Shown in pieces: positions 9,241 through 17,962 of a stretch of DNA of 36,075 nucleotides. Made by a program: the position numbers and the translations under genes. Source of the DNA: Thermoanaerobaculia bacterium. GTDB taxonomy: Bacteria > Acidobacteriota > Thermoanaerobaculia > Multivoradales > UBA5704. Within the stretch, counting starts at the first letter, position 1. Each line of letters starts with the position of its first letter. The notes beneath the pieces are model-generated. The model ran no database searches, had not been told where the DNA came from, and was given only the letters and a program-made list of their open reading frames with translations. The stretch lies in NCBI GenBank assembly GCA_044226625.1, contig JBGAGQ010000065.1, positions 1 to 36,075 of the forward strand, in the 5' to 3' direction.

Positions 9241-9929
9241 TTCCGTTCGCCGACACCCAGCCGCGGCGCGGTTTCCCCGCGACGAACGTCCTGCTGATCG
9301 CCGCGAACGCGCTCTTCTTCCTCTACGAGCTCTCCCTCGGACCGCGGCTCGACGGATTCCTTTTCCAATCGGCGTTCATCCCCGCCGAGCTACATCAACC
9401 GCCGGTCCTCGTGAGCTTTGGCTCGGGCGTCTGGAGTGCTCTCCTTTCGATGTTCCTCCACGGCGGCTGGGTCCATTTCCTCGGCAACATGATGTTTCTC
9501 TGGATCTTCGGCGACAACGTCGAGGACCGGCTCGGCCACGGTCGTTACCTCGTCTTCTACCTCCTCGCCGGCTTCGTCGCGACGTTCGCCCACGCGCTCG
9601 CGAACCCGACCTCGCAGATTCCCGCGATCGGCGCCTCCGGCGCGATCTCCGGTGTTCTCGGCGCCTACCTCTTCCTCCACCCGGGCTCTCGAATCAGAAC
9701 GCTGGTCTTCGTCTTCGTGTTCTTCACCACGGTCGAGATCCCGGCGATCGTCTTCCTGCCGATCTGGTTCCTCCTCCAGCTCGGCCCCGGCCTCACCTCG
9801 ATCAGCCAAGGCCAAGCCGCGCAAGGAGGAGTCGCCTGGTTCGCCCACATCGGCGGGTTCGTGGCGGGCCCGATCCTGCTGCTGTTGCTCGGGAGGCAGG
9901 GGCGGCAGCGGCGGAGATCGATCGGCTGA
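9237..9929 (+). CDS. Rhomboid-family intramembrane serine protease
   Basis: SMFLHGGWVHFLGNM, IFGDNVEDRLG, GASGAISG (catalytic Ser) and AHIGGF (catalytic His). GTG start overlaps the pyk stop (GTGA). Confidence 0.93.
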   Translation: MIPFADTQPRRGFPATNVLLIAANALFFLYELSLGPRLDGFLFQSAFIPAELHQPPVLVSFGSGVWSALLSMFLHGGWVHFLGNMMFLWIFGDNVEDRLGHGRYLVFYLLAGFVATFAHALANPTSQIPAIGASGAISGVLGAYLFLHPGSRIRTLVFVFVFFTTVEIPAIVFLPIWFLLQLGPGLTSISQGQAAQGGVAWFAHIGGFVAGPILLLLLGRQGRQRRRSIG

Positions 9930-10008
9930 GGGCGAGTCCGTCCGGCAAGAATCGCAAGATTGGAGAGGGTCTTTCGCGTCTATGGAATGGTGAAAGGAGA
10001 CTTTCGCC

Positions 10009-10923
10009 GTGCCGCCCCACGATCACCTGTTCAAATCGTTGTTCCGTGCGTTCTTCCGGGAGCTCCTCCTGCTCGTGGACGCCCAACTCGTCGGGCGTTT
10101 GCCCGCGGAAGCCGAGGTCGAGTTCCGCGACAAGGAGCTGGTTCCGGAGGCTCCCGAGGAGGAGCATCGGATCGTCGATCTCCTCGCTGTGATTCCCAAT
10201 TCGGCCGAAAGCCACGCCTTCCTCGTTCATGTCGAGATCGAGAGGAGAGCGGCCCGGGACATCGGCCGGCGGCTTTGGAATTACTCGAACCGACTTCGCG
10301 GACGCTACCCCGAACCGTCGGTCTCGCTCGTCGTCTTTCTGCGCGGCGGTCCGCCCGGCGCGGTCTGGCACACTCACCTCGAGGAGACGGCCGGCCACGA
10401 GATCCATCGATTCCGCTATCTCTCGTATGGCCTGTCGAAGCTCCCGGCTCAAGAGCTGCTCGACCGCCCGGAGCCGCTCGCCTGGGGCCTGGCGGCTCTC
10501 GCCAAAGTCGGCTCCTCGGAGCGTGCCAAGGTCAAATTCGAGGCGCTCAAGAAGATCGCCGCCACGCCGATGCGAGCGGACCAGAGGTTTCTGTTGATCA
10601 ACTGTGTCGAAACCTATCTACCCTTGAATGGGCGGGACGCGGAGGAGTACGCTTCCCTGGCGGCTGCCCAAGAATCTCCGGAGATCCAAGCGATGCAAAT
10701 GACCTGGGCCGACAAGATCGAAGCAAAAGGGCTCAAAAAGGGCCGCGAGGAGGTTGCGGCCGTTCTGCGCAGAATGTTGATCCGGCAGATCGGTGAGCGG
10801 TTCGGTCAAGTCCCTGCGCCGATTCAACGGCGCCTGAATGCCCTTCGCTCCGTTGAGAAGCTGAGCACCGTGGCCGAACGGGTGTTCGAGGTCCAGTCGA
10901 TCGAGGAGCTCGGGCTCGGCTGA
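10009..10923 (+). CDS. Rpn/YhgA-family PD-(D/E)XK nuclease with DUF4351-like C-terminus
   Basis: N-terminal HDHLFKSL, IVDLL...HVEIE core, and C-terminal MTWADKIEAKGLKKG...LIRQIGERFG..P helical tail. AAGGAG RBS before the GTG. Confidence 0.85.
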   Translation: MPPHDHLFKSLFRAFFRELLLLVDAQLVGRLPAEAEVEFRDKELVPEAPEEEHRIVDLLAVIPNSAESHAFLVHVEIERRAARDIGRRLWNYSNRLRGRYPEPSVSLVVFLRGGPPGAVWHTHLEETAGHEIHRFRYLSYGLSKLPAQELLDRPEPLAWGLAALAKVGSSERAKVKFEALKKIAATPMRADQRFLLINCVETYLPLNGRDAEEYASLAAAQESPEIQAMQMTWADKIEAKGLKKGREEVAAVLRRMLIRQIGERFGQVPAPIQRRLNALRSVEKLSTVAERVFEVQSIEELGLG

Positions 10924-10957
10924 TCTCGGCCTGGAGAGAGACAATTTTCCATAGGAC

Positions 10958-10984
10958 GCCGGGCCGACGGCACGTCGGCCCGGC
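10958..10984. terminator. Perfect 12-bp hairpin between convergent genes (putative bidirectional terminator)
   Basis: gccgggccgacg-gca-cgtcggcccggc. No strong U tract. Confidence 0.55.
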
Positions 10985-11014
10985 CAGTTCGAGCTCGTTT
11001 GATCGGCCGAGCGC

Positions 11015-13792
11015 TTACGCCCCCGGACCGTTGACCTCGATCTGTTGGAGCGTAATCGCAATGTCGAGGGTCTGGAGGTAGTTGTTGTGCGCGGGGACGA
11101 TCAAGTCGGCGTTGCCCCCGCCGAGGGCGCCGAGGAATGGGTCGAGGTCGACGTAGGGCGAGGGGGTGCAGGTCGAGGTCCTGCGCGGGACCAGGCCGGT
11201 TAAGTAGGAGAGGTACGGCCCTACGCGCTGCTCGAAGGCAACGTAGGTAGAAACCGAGAAGCCCGACGCCAGCAGGTCGCGGGTCCGGGTTGCCCAAGTT
11301 GCCGCGATGCCGTCTCCATAGATCGCCGCGAGGCGCCCGAACACCGCCGCCTGGAAGGTGAGATTCGCGCGCGCCGCCGCCTCGGTGGTCGTGGCGACGG
11401 GCGAGAAAGAGAAGCCGTCGCGCGGCTTGCCCGTCGGGCTCGGTTTCGTCACCTCGGTGAAGGCGAGCGATAGATCGGCCCCCTGGGCGCTCGCCGGCAC
11501 GTCGACCGTAACCTTCAACGCCCGAACTTCGCCGGCCGACATTCCGGAAAGGCAGACGGTCTGGCCCGAACGGTAGGACGCGGTGTTGAGGCCGCAGGCG
11601 TCGATCGCGACCGAGGTGTAGCGCAAGGCATTCTGGATCGGCGAGTCGAGCCGAAGACAGACGCTGCGCGACACCGAGGCGGCGTTGCGCACCAGGGCGT
11701 AGTAGTGCGCCTTGGACATCACCTTCATCTCGGGGTAGATGACGTTTCGCTGCGCCTTGTTGTTGTCGTAGAGCACCGCGGTGTCGAGCGTCGGCCAACC
11801 AGGCACGTGATTGAGCAGCGTCGGCTGGGCGAACGGATCGCCTGCCACCTCGAGCTCCACCCCCATGCAGACGTGCGAGGAGTGAGCGTCGGGAAGCGTC
11901 CACTCGTAGCCCGAGCCGTCGGCCAGCGTGAGCTCTTTCTGGTTTGGCGCGAAAGGGATCGGCACGGGCGGTGCTACGCCAGCGTCCTTGTAGGCGAGAC
12001 CGGCACCGAAATCGGCGTAATAGAAATGCGGGATCACGTCGACGTCGGGGGAAGCGGCCGGGGCGGCCGCCTTTCGCCCCACGCGAACGAAGGCGAAGTT
12101 CTGTCCCGGCTGGGGGTCTGCATGCGGCGGCTCGGCGTTGGTCGCAGGAACTCCGGACGCGTTATCGAGCCGGTTCCAGACGTCGCTCGTCTCGTAGAAG
12201 ACCGGCTTTGACGACGGCTCGAGCCCCGGGTCGTGGCTCGCCGCGTCGGTCCAGTCGCGGACGAAAAAGTCGTTGTCAGGCGTCACCATCTCGACGTGGA
12301 AGAAGAACGGATCGATCGAGGGCGGCATCGTGAAGGTGTGCGAGCTGTCCTTGTAGAGCTTGGTCGCGTCGTGCTCGCGTTGGAAGATCACGGTGTCGAC
12401 GTCGGGGAAGTTGATGGCCGCAGGGTCGTTCATGGCGGAAAAAGCACCGAAGAAATCCTTACCCACCGCCATCAGGTGATCGTAGTCGCCGATGAAGTTG
12501 TTGGAGAAGCCGCCGCCAGAGCTGTCGGCGATTGACAGGACGATCGACTGGGGCGGCGTCGCGAACGCGTTGCCGGAGATGTCGACCCGGGTCTCCCAGA
12601 GGCCGAGCTGCTGCACGGCCTGGTAAAGGAATCCGACCTGGCCCACGCTGTTGATCGCGAGCGCCGGGTTGGTGGCGAACGGAACGGTATAGAGATCGTT
12701 CGCGTCCCAGGTCTTGCCGCCGTCGGTCGAGTGCCGAACGTGAAGCGTGATCGGCGGAACGTCGTTGTCGCCCCAGGCAATCCAGACGTTTCTCCAATCG
12801 TTCGGATCGACCGCGATCGAGATCTGAGAGCGTCCGACGCGCTGCTTGGCGAGCTTCGTACCCGAGCCAGAATAGGCCGTGCCCGAGACCACCGACACGC
12901 CCGAGGTGCCGATCAGATCGGCGAACGGCTTCGGGGCGTGTTTGCCCCATTGGTCGTCTCGAACCACCACGACATTCGCCTTGGTGTCCGAGGTCGGGCT
13001 GTAGAACGCGGCATAGACCACGCCGCTCGAATGGACCGCGGTACGCACGGCCGAGCCGTCCCGGCCGGGCGGGCTCGGAGGCATCGCGGCCTCGATCTCC
13101 TGCTCGAGGTTTGCAGCGGGAGGCGAGGCGCCGGCATTCGGATTGACGTCCACCGTCGCGGTCTGAGGGGCTCGCGCTAACCGCGCGTCGTTGACGCCGA
13201 CGAAAACGCGATCGAGCTCGGTGCCCTCGCCGCCGAGCGTGGTCGTCGCTTGGACGTACGGTTGATCGGGGCAGTCGGGGATCACGCCGGTCCTCTGCTC
13301 GAGCAGGACGGCCGTCGGGTTCGCCGCGAAGACGTCGTCGAAGCGGTTGATCTGATAGGTCATCACGTCTTGATTCGAGCCGTCGGTCTTGGCGGTGAGG
13401 GTGCTCGTATACAGCTTCCCCGAGGTGCCGCCGAAGCGGAGCGTGATGTCGCAGAACGAGGTGGAGCAGACGCTCGTCGATCCGGCCAGGATCGGTTGGA
13501 CGGTCCAGGTCGTGCCGCCGTTGGTGGAGAGGAAGATCGCTCCTTTGTTCGGCTTCTTCGGGTTGATGAAAAACGCCGAGGCGGCCATGCGCGACGGATT
13601 GGTCGGATCGATCGCGAGGTTCGGTTCGCTCTGCTCCGCCTGGTCGTCGCTCATGAAGTTCGGAAGGATGTCGACGACGGTGACCTTCTGCGCGGCGGCG
13701 GGCGACACATTGACGATCAGCCCGAGGAGGGCGAACGCCGACAGCATGCGCAGTAGACCGCGCGCCGGGTGATTTCGATCGAAAGGTTTCAT
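11015..13792 (-). CDS. Large secreted protein: N-terminal BNR/Asp-box beta-propeller plus C-terminal beta-sandwich and helical domains (paralogue 1)
   Basis: Signal peptide ending AAA-QKV; Asp-boxes STNGGTTW and STDGGKTW; FIGDY motif; DFFVRDW..DPGLEP..SDVWNR and DNNKAQRN motifs; GGAG RBS. Confidence 0.85.
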   Translation of the reverse strand: MKPFDRNHPARGLLRMLSAFALLGLIVNVSPAAAQKVTVVDILPNFMSDDQAEQSEPNLAIDPTNPSRMAASAFFINPKKPNKGAIFLSTNGGTTWTVQPILAGSTSVCSTSFCDITLRFGGTSGKLYTSTLTAKTDGSNQDVMTYQINRFDDVFAANPTAVLLEQRTGVIPDCPDQPYVQATTTLGGEGTELDRVFVGVNDARLARAPQTATVDVNPNAGASPPAANLEQEIEAAMPPSPPGRDGSAVRTAVHSSGVVYAAFYSPTSDTKANVVVVRDDQWGKHAPKPFADLIGTSGVSVVSGTAYSGSGTKLAKQRVGRSQISIAVDPNDWRNVWIAWGDNDVPPITLHVRHSTDGGKTWDANDLYTVPFATNPALAINSVGQVGFLYQAVQQLGLWETRVDISGNAFATPPQSIVLSIADSSGGGFSNNFIGDYDHLMAVGKDFFGAFSAMNDPAAINFPDVDTVIFQREHDATKLYKDSSHTFTMPPSIDPFFFHVEMVTPDNDFFVRDWTDAASHDPGLEPSSKPVFYETSDVWNRLDNASGVPATNAEPPHADPQPGQNFAFVRVGRKAAAPAASPDVDVIPHFYYADFGAGLAYKDAGVAPPVPIPFAPNQKELTLADGSGYEWTLPDAHSSHVCMGVELEVAGDPFAQPTLLNHVPGWPTLDTAVLYDNNKAQRNVIYPEMKVMSKAHYYALVRNAASVSRSVCLRLDSPIQNALRYTSVAIDACGLNTASYRSGQTVCLSGMSAGEVRALKVTVDVPASAQGADLSLAFTEVTKPSPTGKPRDGFSFSPVATTTEAAARANLTFQAAVFGRLAAIYGDGIAATWATRTRDLLASGFSVSTYVAFEQRVGPYLSYLTGLVPRRTSTCTPSPYVDLDPFLGALGGGNADLIVPAHNNYLQTLDIAITLQQIEVNGPGA

Positions 13793-13859
13793 AGACGTCT
13801 CCGCGGATCTCGAGGGATCTCGTTCGGTCGGAAGGGTTTGAATCGGACGGCGGCGGGGC

Positions 13860-16616
13860 TCAAGCGCCCGGGCCGCCGACCGCGATCTGCTGGAGCGTGA
13901 TGGCGACGTCGAGGGTCTGCAGGTAGTCGTTGTGCGCCGGGACGATCAGACCCGCGTCGCCGCCGGAGAGGGCGCCGAGAAGCCGGTCGAGATCGCCGTA
14001 GGGCGAGGGCGCGCAGGTCGAGGTCGATCGCGGAACGAGGCTCGTGAGAACGGAGAGATACGGTCCCACCCGCTGTTCGAACGCGACGTAGGCCGGGAGC
14101 GAAAAGCCCGAGCCGAGCAGATCGCGCGTCCGGCTCGCCCACGTGGCGGCGGTCGCGTCGCCGTAGATCGCCGCGAGCCGCCCGAAGACCGCGACCTGAA
14201 ACGTGAGATTCGCCCGCGCCGCATCCTCGACCGTCGTGGCGATGGGAGAGAAAGCGAATCCGTCGCGCGGCTTGCCCGTCGGTCCCGGTTTCGTCACCTC
14301 GGTGAAGGCGAGCGAGAGATCCGCTCCCTGGGCGCTCGTCGGCACGTCGACCGTGACCCGGAGCGCGCGCTCTTCCCCGGGCGCCATGGCGGGGATGCAG
14401 ATCGTCTGGCCGGGACGGTACGAGGTGGTCGCGAGACCGCAGGCGTCGATCGCGACCGAGGCGTAGCGGCCTACCGTCTGGCTCGGCGAATCGAGGCGGA
14501 GGCAGACGTTGCGCGCGACCGTCGCCGCGTTGCGGACCAGCGCGTAGTAATGCGCCCCGGAAGCCGCCTTCATCTTCGGATAGATCACGTTCCTTTGCGC
14601 CTTGTTGTTGTCGTAGAGAACCGCCGTGTCGAGCGTCGGCCAGCCGGGCACGTGGCCGAGCAGTGTCGGCAGCGCGAACGGATCGCCCGCGACTTCGAGC
14701 TCCACCCCCATGCAGATGTGCGAGGAGTGTTTTTCCGGCAGCGTCCACTCGTAGCCCGAGCCGCTCGCGAGCGTGAGCTCCGTTTGGGCCGGTGCGAAGG
14801 TGAGCGGGACGGGCGCCGCCACGCCGGCGTCCTTGTAGGAGTGCCCCGAACCGAAGTTCGAGTAGTAGAAATGCGGCAGCACGTCGACGTCGGGCGAGTC
14901 CGCGGGCGCCGCAGCTTTCCTCCCCACCCGGACGAAGGCGAAGTTCTGCCCCGGCTGCGGGTCTTCGTGCGGCGGCTCGGCGCTTCCTGCCAGGCTTCCG
15001 GAGTCGTTGGCGAGCCGATTCCAGACGTCACTCGTCTCGTAGAAAACCGCGTGGGTCGACGGTTCGAGCCCCGGGTCGTGCCCACCGGCGTCGGTCCAAT
15101 CGCGGACGAAGAAATCGCTTTCAGCCGAGACCGTTTCGACATGGAAGAAGAACGGATCGATCGAAAGAGGCACGTGGGAACCGTTGGACAGGATGCCGTC
15201 CGCGTCGTGGTCGCGGTTGAAGATCAGCGTGTCGACGTCGGGGAAGAACACGGGGTTCAGATCGTTCACCGCGGAGAAGACGCCGTAGAAATCCTTCCCC
15301 ACCGCCATCAGATGCTCGTAGTCGCCGATGAAGTTGGAACCTACGGAACCCGAGTTGTCGGCGAGCGAAAGGAGGAGCGTCTGGGGCGGGGACGCGAATT
15401 CGTCGCCCGAGATCTCGACCTTGGTACGCCAGCGTTTCGAAGGGTCGACCCCCTGGTAGAGGAAGCCGACCTGCCCGACGCTGTTGACCGTGACCGCTGG
15501 ATTGGTCGCCCCGGGAATCTTACGGAGTTCGGAGTCGCCCCAGGTCTCACCGCCGTCTCCGGAATGACGGAGGTGGAGGGTGAGCTTCGCACCGTCCGCC
15601 TGGTCGCCCCAGGCGATCCAGACGCTCTTCCGGTCGTTCGGATCGACCGCGATCGAAATTTGCGAATGACCGACCCGTTGGCCGTTGAGCTTCTCCTCGT
15701 CGTCGCTGCCGGGATAGGGCACCGCGGAGGCGACGATCGCTCCGGCCACGCCGCCGGTCGCAAGCGCCTCGAATGGTTTCGCGCTCGCGCCCCACTCGTC
15801 GTCTCGCACCACCACGATGTCCGCCTTGGTCAGCGAGAGCGGGCGATAGAATGCCGCGTAGACCACACCGCTCGCATGGAACGCGGCGCGCACCGAGGCG
15901 CCGTCCTTGCCTGGGGGATCCGGAGGCACGGCCTTCTCGACGTGCTGGGAGAGCACCGTGGGCGAGGCGACGCGCGCGTTCAGGCTCACGTCCACGGTGG
16001 CGGTCTGGCTCCCCTGCGCGGGGAGCATGTCGTTGACGCCGACGAAGATCCGATCGAGATCGGTTCCCTCGCCCCCGAGCACCGTGGTCGCCTGGACGTA
16101 GGGTTGGTCCGGCACGTCGGGAACTGTGCCGCTGCGCTTTCCGACCAGCACCGGCGTCGGATTCGCGAAGACATCGTCGAAACGGTGGACCGCGTAGGTC
16201 ATCTCGAAATCGGTCATCCCCTGAGGCTTGGCCATCAGCGACGCGACGTAGAGACTGCCGGAGTTTCCGGCGAAGCGCAGGGTGACATCGCAAAAAGAGG
16301 TGCTGCACAGCGTCGGCGAGCCGGGGAGAATCGGCTGGAGCGTCCAGGAGAGGCCGCCGTCGGTCGACAGGAAGATCGAGGCGTTGTTCGGCTTCTGCGG
16401 GTTCCTGACGAACGCCGAGGCGGCCATGCGCGACGGGTTGGCAGGATCGACGGCGAGGTTGGGCTCGGCCTGGTCCGCAATCTCATTGTTCATCAGGTTC
16501 GGAATCATGTCGACCACGGTGACCTTCTGCGCCGTGGCGGTGCGCGATCCCGCGAGCGAGAGGAGGGCGAGGGCGAACGCCGTGGCGCGCACCCGTAAGG
16601 AACGGACGTTTCTCAT
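13860..16616 (-). CDS. Large secreted BNR/Asp-box beta-propeller protein (paralogue 2, tandem duplicate of 11015..13792)
   Basis: Colinear with paralogue 1 over the whole mature length. Asp-boxes STDGGLSW and SGDGGETW; same ccgcggagac RBS context. Confidence 0.85.
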   Translation of the reverse strand: MRNVRSLRVRATAFALALLSLAGSRTATAQKVTVVDMIPNLMNNEIADQAEPNLAVDPANPSRMAASAFVRNPQKPNNASIFLSTDGGLSWTLQPILPGSPTLCSTSFCDVTLRFAGNSGSLYVASLMAKPQGMTDFEMTYAVHRFDDVFANPTPVLVGKRSGTVPDVPDQPYVQATTVLGGEGTDLDRIFVGVNDMLPAQGSQTATVDVSLNARVASPTVLSQHVEKAVPPDPPGKDGASVRAAFHASGVVYAAFYRPLSLTKADIVVVRDDEWGASAKPFEALATGGVAGAIVASAVPYPGSDDEEKLNGQRVGHSQISIAVDPNDRKSVWIAWGDQADGAKLTLHLRHSGDGGETWGDSELRKIPGATNPAVTVNSVGQVGFLYQGVDPSKRWRTKVEISGDEFASPPQTLLLSLADNSGSVGSNFIGDYEHLMAVGKDFYGVFSAVNDLNPVFFPDVDTLIFNRDHDADGILSNGSHVPLSIDPFFFHVETVSAESDFFVRDWTDAGGHDPGLEPSTHAVFYETSDVWNRLANDSGSLAGSAEPPHEDPQPGQNFAFVRVGRKAAAPADSPDVDVLPHFYYSNFGSGHSYKDAGVAAPVPLTFAPAQTELTLASGSGYEWTLPEKHSSHICMGVELEVAGDPFALPTLLGHVPGWPTLDTAVLYDNNKAQRNVIYPKMKAASGAHYYALVRNAATVARNVCLRLDSPSQTVGRYASVAIDACGLATTSYRPGQTICIPAMAPGEERALRVTVDVPTSAQGADLSLAFTEVTKPGPTGKPRDGFAFSPIATTVEDAARANLTFQVAVFGRLAAIYGDATAATWASRTRDLLGSGFSLPAYVAFEQRVGPYLSVLTSLVPRSTSTCAPSPYGDLDRLLGALSGGDAGLIVPAHNDYLQTLDVAITLQQIAVGGPGA

Positions 16617-16643
16617 GGCGAGGTCTCCGCGGTGAGGGGGCGG

Positions 16644-17483
16644 TCAGCGGAGCAGCCCAACGATCCGCTCGAGCTCGCCCGGCGGCTGGACGTCGAGCGC
16701 GTCGACCACGACGTAGGAGCCTTCCGGCAGGTCGCGACCCCGATAGGGCTGGAGCAGGAAGATCCCCTCCTCGCCCATGGCGAGCTTCGGCGTCGTCGCC
16801 CAGAAGAAGTCGGTGTCCTGCGCGAAATAGACCGCCGAGCCCTCGCGTCCCTTGAGCGCCTTCTCGACACCGATCGTCGCGAGCGCCCAGGATGCCGCGT
16901 GCTCGCCGAAGTCCTCCCTGTCCCCCTCCCTCCGTTCGAGCGGAAGGACTTTTTCGACCTTGCCATAGACGACCGCTTCGGCGCGGGATAGGCGCGCGGC
17001 GAGATCCTCGTCCGCTTCGAGCGCGCGCACCCGGGAGACCTCGCGCGAAACCGCATCGAGGTCCGAGCTCTCGGATTCGAGCCGCGTCGCGATCCGGTAG
17101 ACCTCCGAGACCGCGAGGTGCTCGCCGTACATCAAGCTGGTGGAGAAGAAGATCCCGGTCGCACCCTCCGTCAGATCGCGCGCGTCGGCGGCCTGGACCG
17201 TCACCTCAGCGTCGCGCAAGCCGGGAAACACGTCCGGCTGGTCGACGACCGCGCGAACCCTTACGATCGCGGTTCGATCGGAAGAAGGAAGAAGCGAAAC
17301 GTTCGAAGCGGCGGGCCTCTCCACCGTGCCGGCGAAGATGAAGTGCGAATCGCGGATCGCCGGCTCGAGGCTCGCGCCTCGAACGGCTGCGGGCGAAGCG
17401 GCAAGAACGAAGAGTAGGGAGAGAAAGGGAAAGAAGCTTTTCCGGGCGCGGCCCGAAAAAGATCGATTGCGTGCTGGAACCAT
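16644..17483 (-). CDS. Secreted hypothetical protein with two internal repeats (TIMP/NTR- or OB-like pattern)
   Basis: Signal peptide. FIFAGTVER...GATGIFF and AVVYGKVEK...GEEGIFLL are repeated units. GAGGAG RBS; ends 27 nt upstream of paralogue 2. Confidence 0.75.
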   Translation of the reverse strand: MVPARNRSFSGRARKSFFPFLSLLFVLAASPAAVRGASLEPAIRDSHFIFAGTVERPAASNVSLLPSSDRTAIVRVRAVVDQPDVFPGLRDAEVTVQAADARDLTEGATGIFFSTSLMYGEHLAVSEVYRIATRLESESSDLDAVSREVSRVRALEADEDLAARLSRAEAVVYGKVEKVLPLERREGDREDFGEHAASWALATIGVEKALKGREGSAVYFAQDTDFFWATTPKLAMGEEGIFLLQPYRGRDLPEGSYVVVDALDVQPPGELERIVGLLR

Positions 17484-17492
17484 GGCTCGCTC

Positions 17493-17576
17493 CTCGTCGA
17501 TCGAACGAGCCCATCAAAGAAGCGCTCGCGCGTATCGCGAGCGGATGGGCTCGTTCTCCGAGACGATCGAGACGAG
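17493..17576 (-). promoter_or_regulatory. Long nested hairpin in the 5' leader of the three-gene secreted-protein operon
   Basis: 13-bp stem 17503-17515/17544-17556, 8-bp stem 17523-17530/17536-17543, and outer pairing 17493-17503/17564-17576 that reaches the SD. Confidence 0.5.
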
Positions 17577-17616
17577 TCGAGGTACTAGGGGAACTTTGGG
17601 AGGGGTATTGGAATCC

Positions 17617-17799
17617 TCATCCCCCGGTCGGCGGCTCGGGCCGTCGGGTTTTGACGATTCCCCCCATCACGCTCAAACCGACCACGATCAGCGCGCCGAC
17701 GACGATCCACGTCGAGGAGACCCCCACGAGGTGAGCGCCATACCCGAGCGCCGCCACCACGATCACCACACCAAGCATGTAGATCGCGAAGTTAGACAT
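17617..17799 (-). CDS. Small two-TM membrane protein (60 aa)
   Basis: MSNFAIYMLGVVIVVAALGYGAHLVGVSSTWIVVGALIVVGLSVMGGIVKTR... with strong AAGGAGG RBS before ATG 17799. Confidence 0.8.
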   Translation of the reverse strand: MSNFAIYMLGVVIVVAALGYGAHLVGVSSTWIVVGALIVVGLSVMGGIVKTRRPEPPTGG

Positions 17800-17910
17800 C
17801 GTTTCCTCCTTCGATTCCGCAAGCCGCTTCGTCCGAGAAGGACCGATCGCGCCCAAACCCCGGCGGAACGGGCATGAACGCCCCCCGTCCAAGCAGAAAC
17901 GGTGCCACGA

Positions 17911-17960
17911 AGTCGCCGGGCAGAAACCCGCCCGGCCGCGAAAATCCTGCCGACTTTCCT
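17911..17960 (-). terminator. Putative hairpin terminator after the TMEM43 gene
   Basis: gccgggc-N8-gcccggc at 17915-17936, with outer aagtcg/cgactt pairing. Confidence 0.35.
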
Positions 17961-17962
17961 CC

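Noticed and set aside
13770-13845. Short similarity between the start of paralogue 1 (aaacctttcgatcgaa) and the upstream intergenic sequence (aaacccttccgaccgaa)
   Set aside because: Too short and imperfect to distinguish from chance.
13932-16598. 888-aa plus-strand ORF
   Set aside because: Antisense shadow of paralogue 2, caused by high GC3; Arg/Val/Gly-rich with no motifs.
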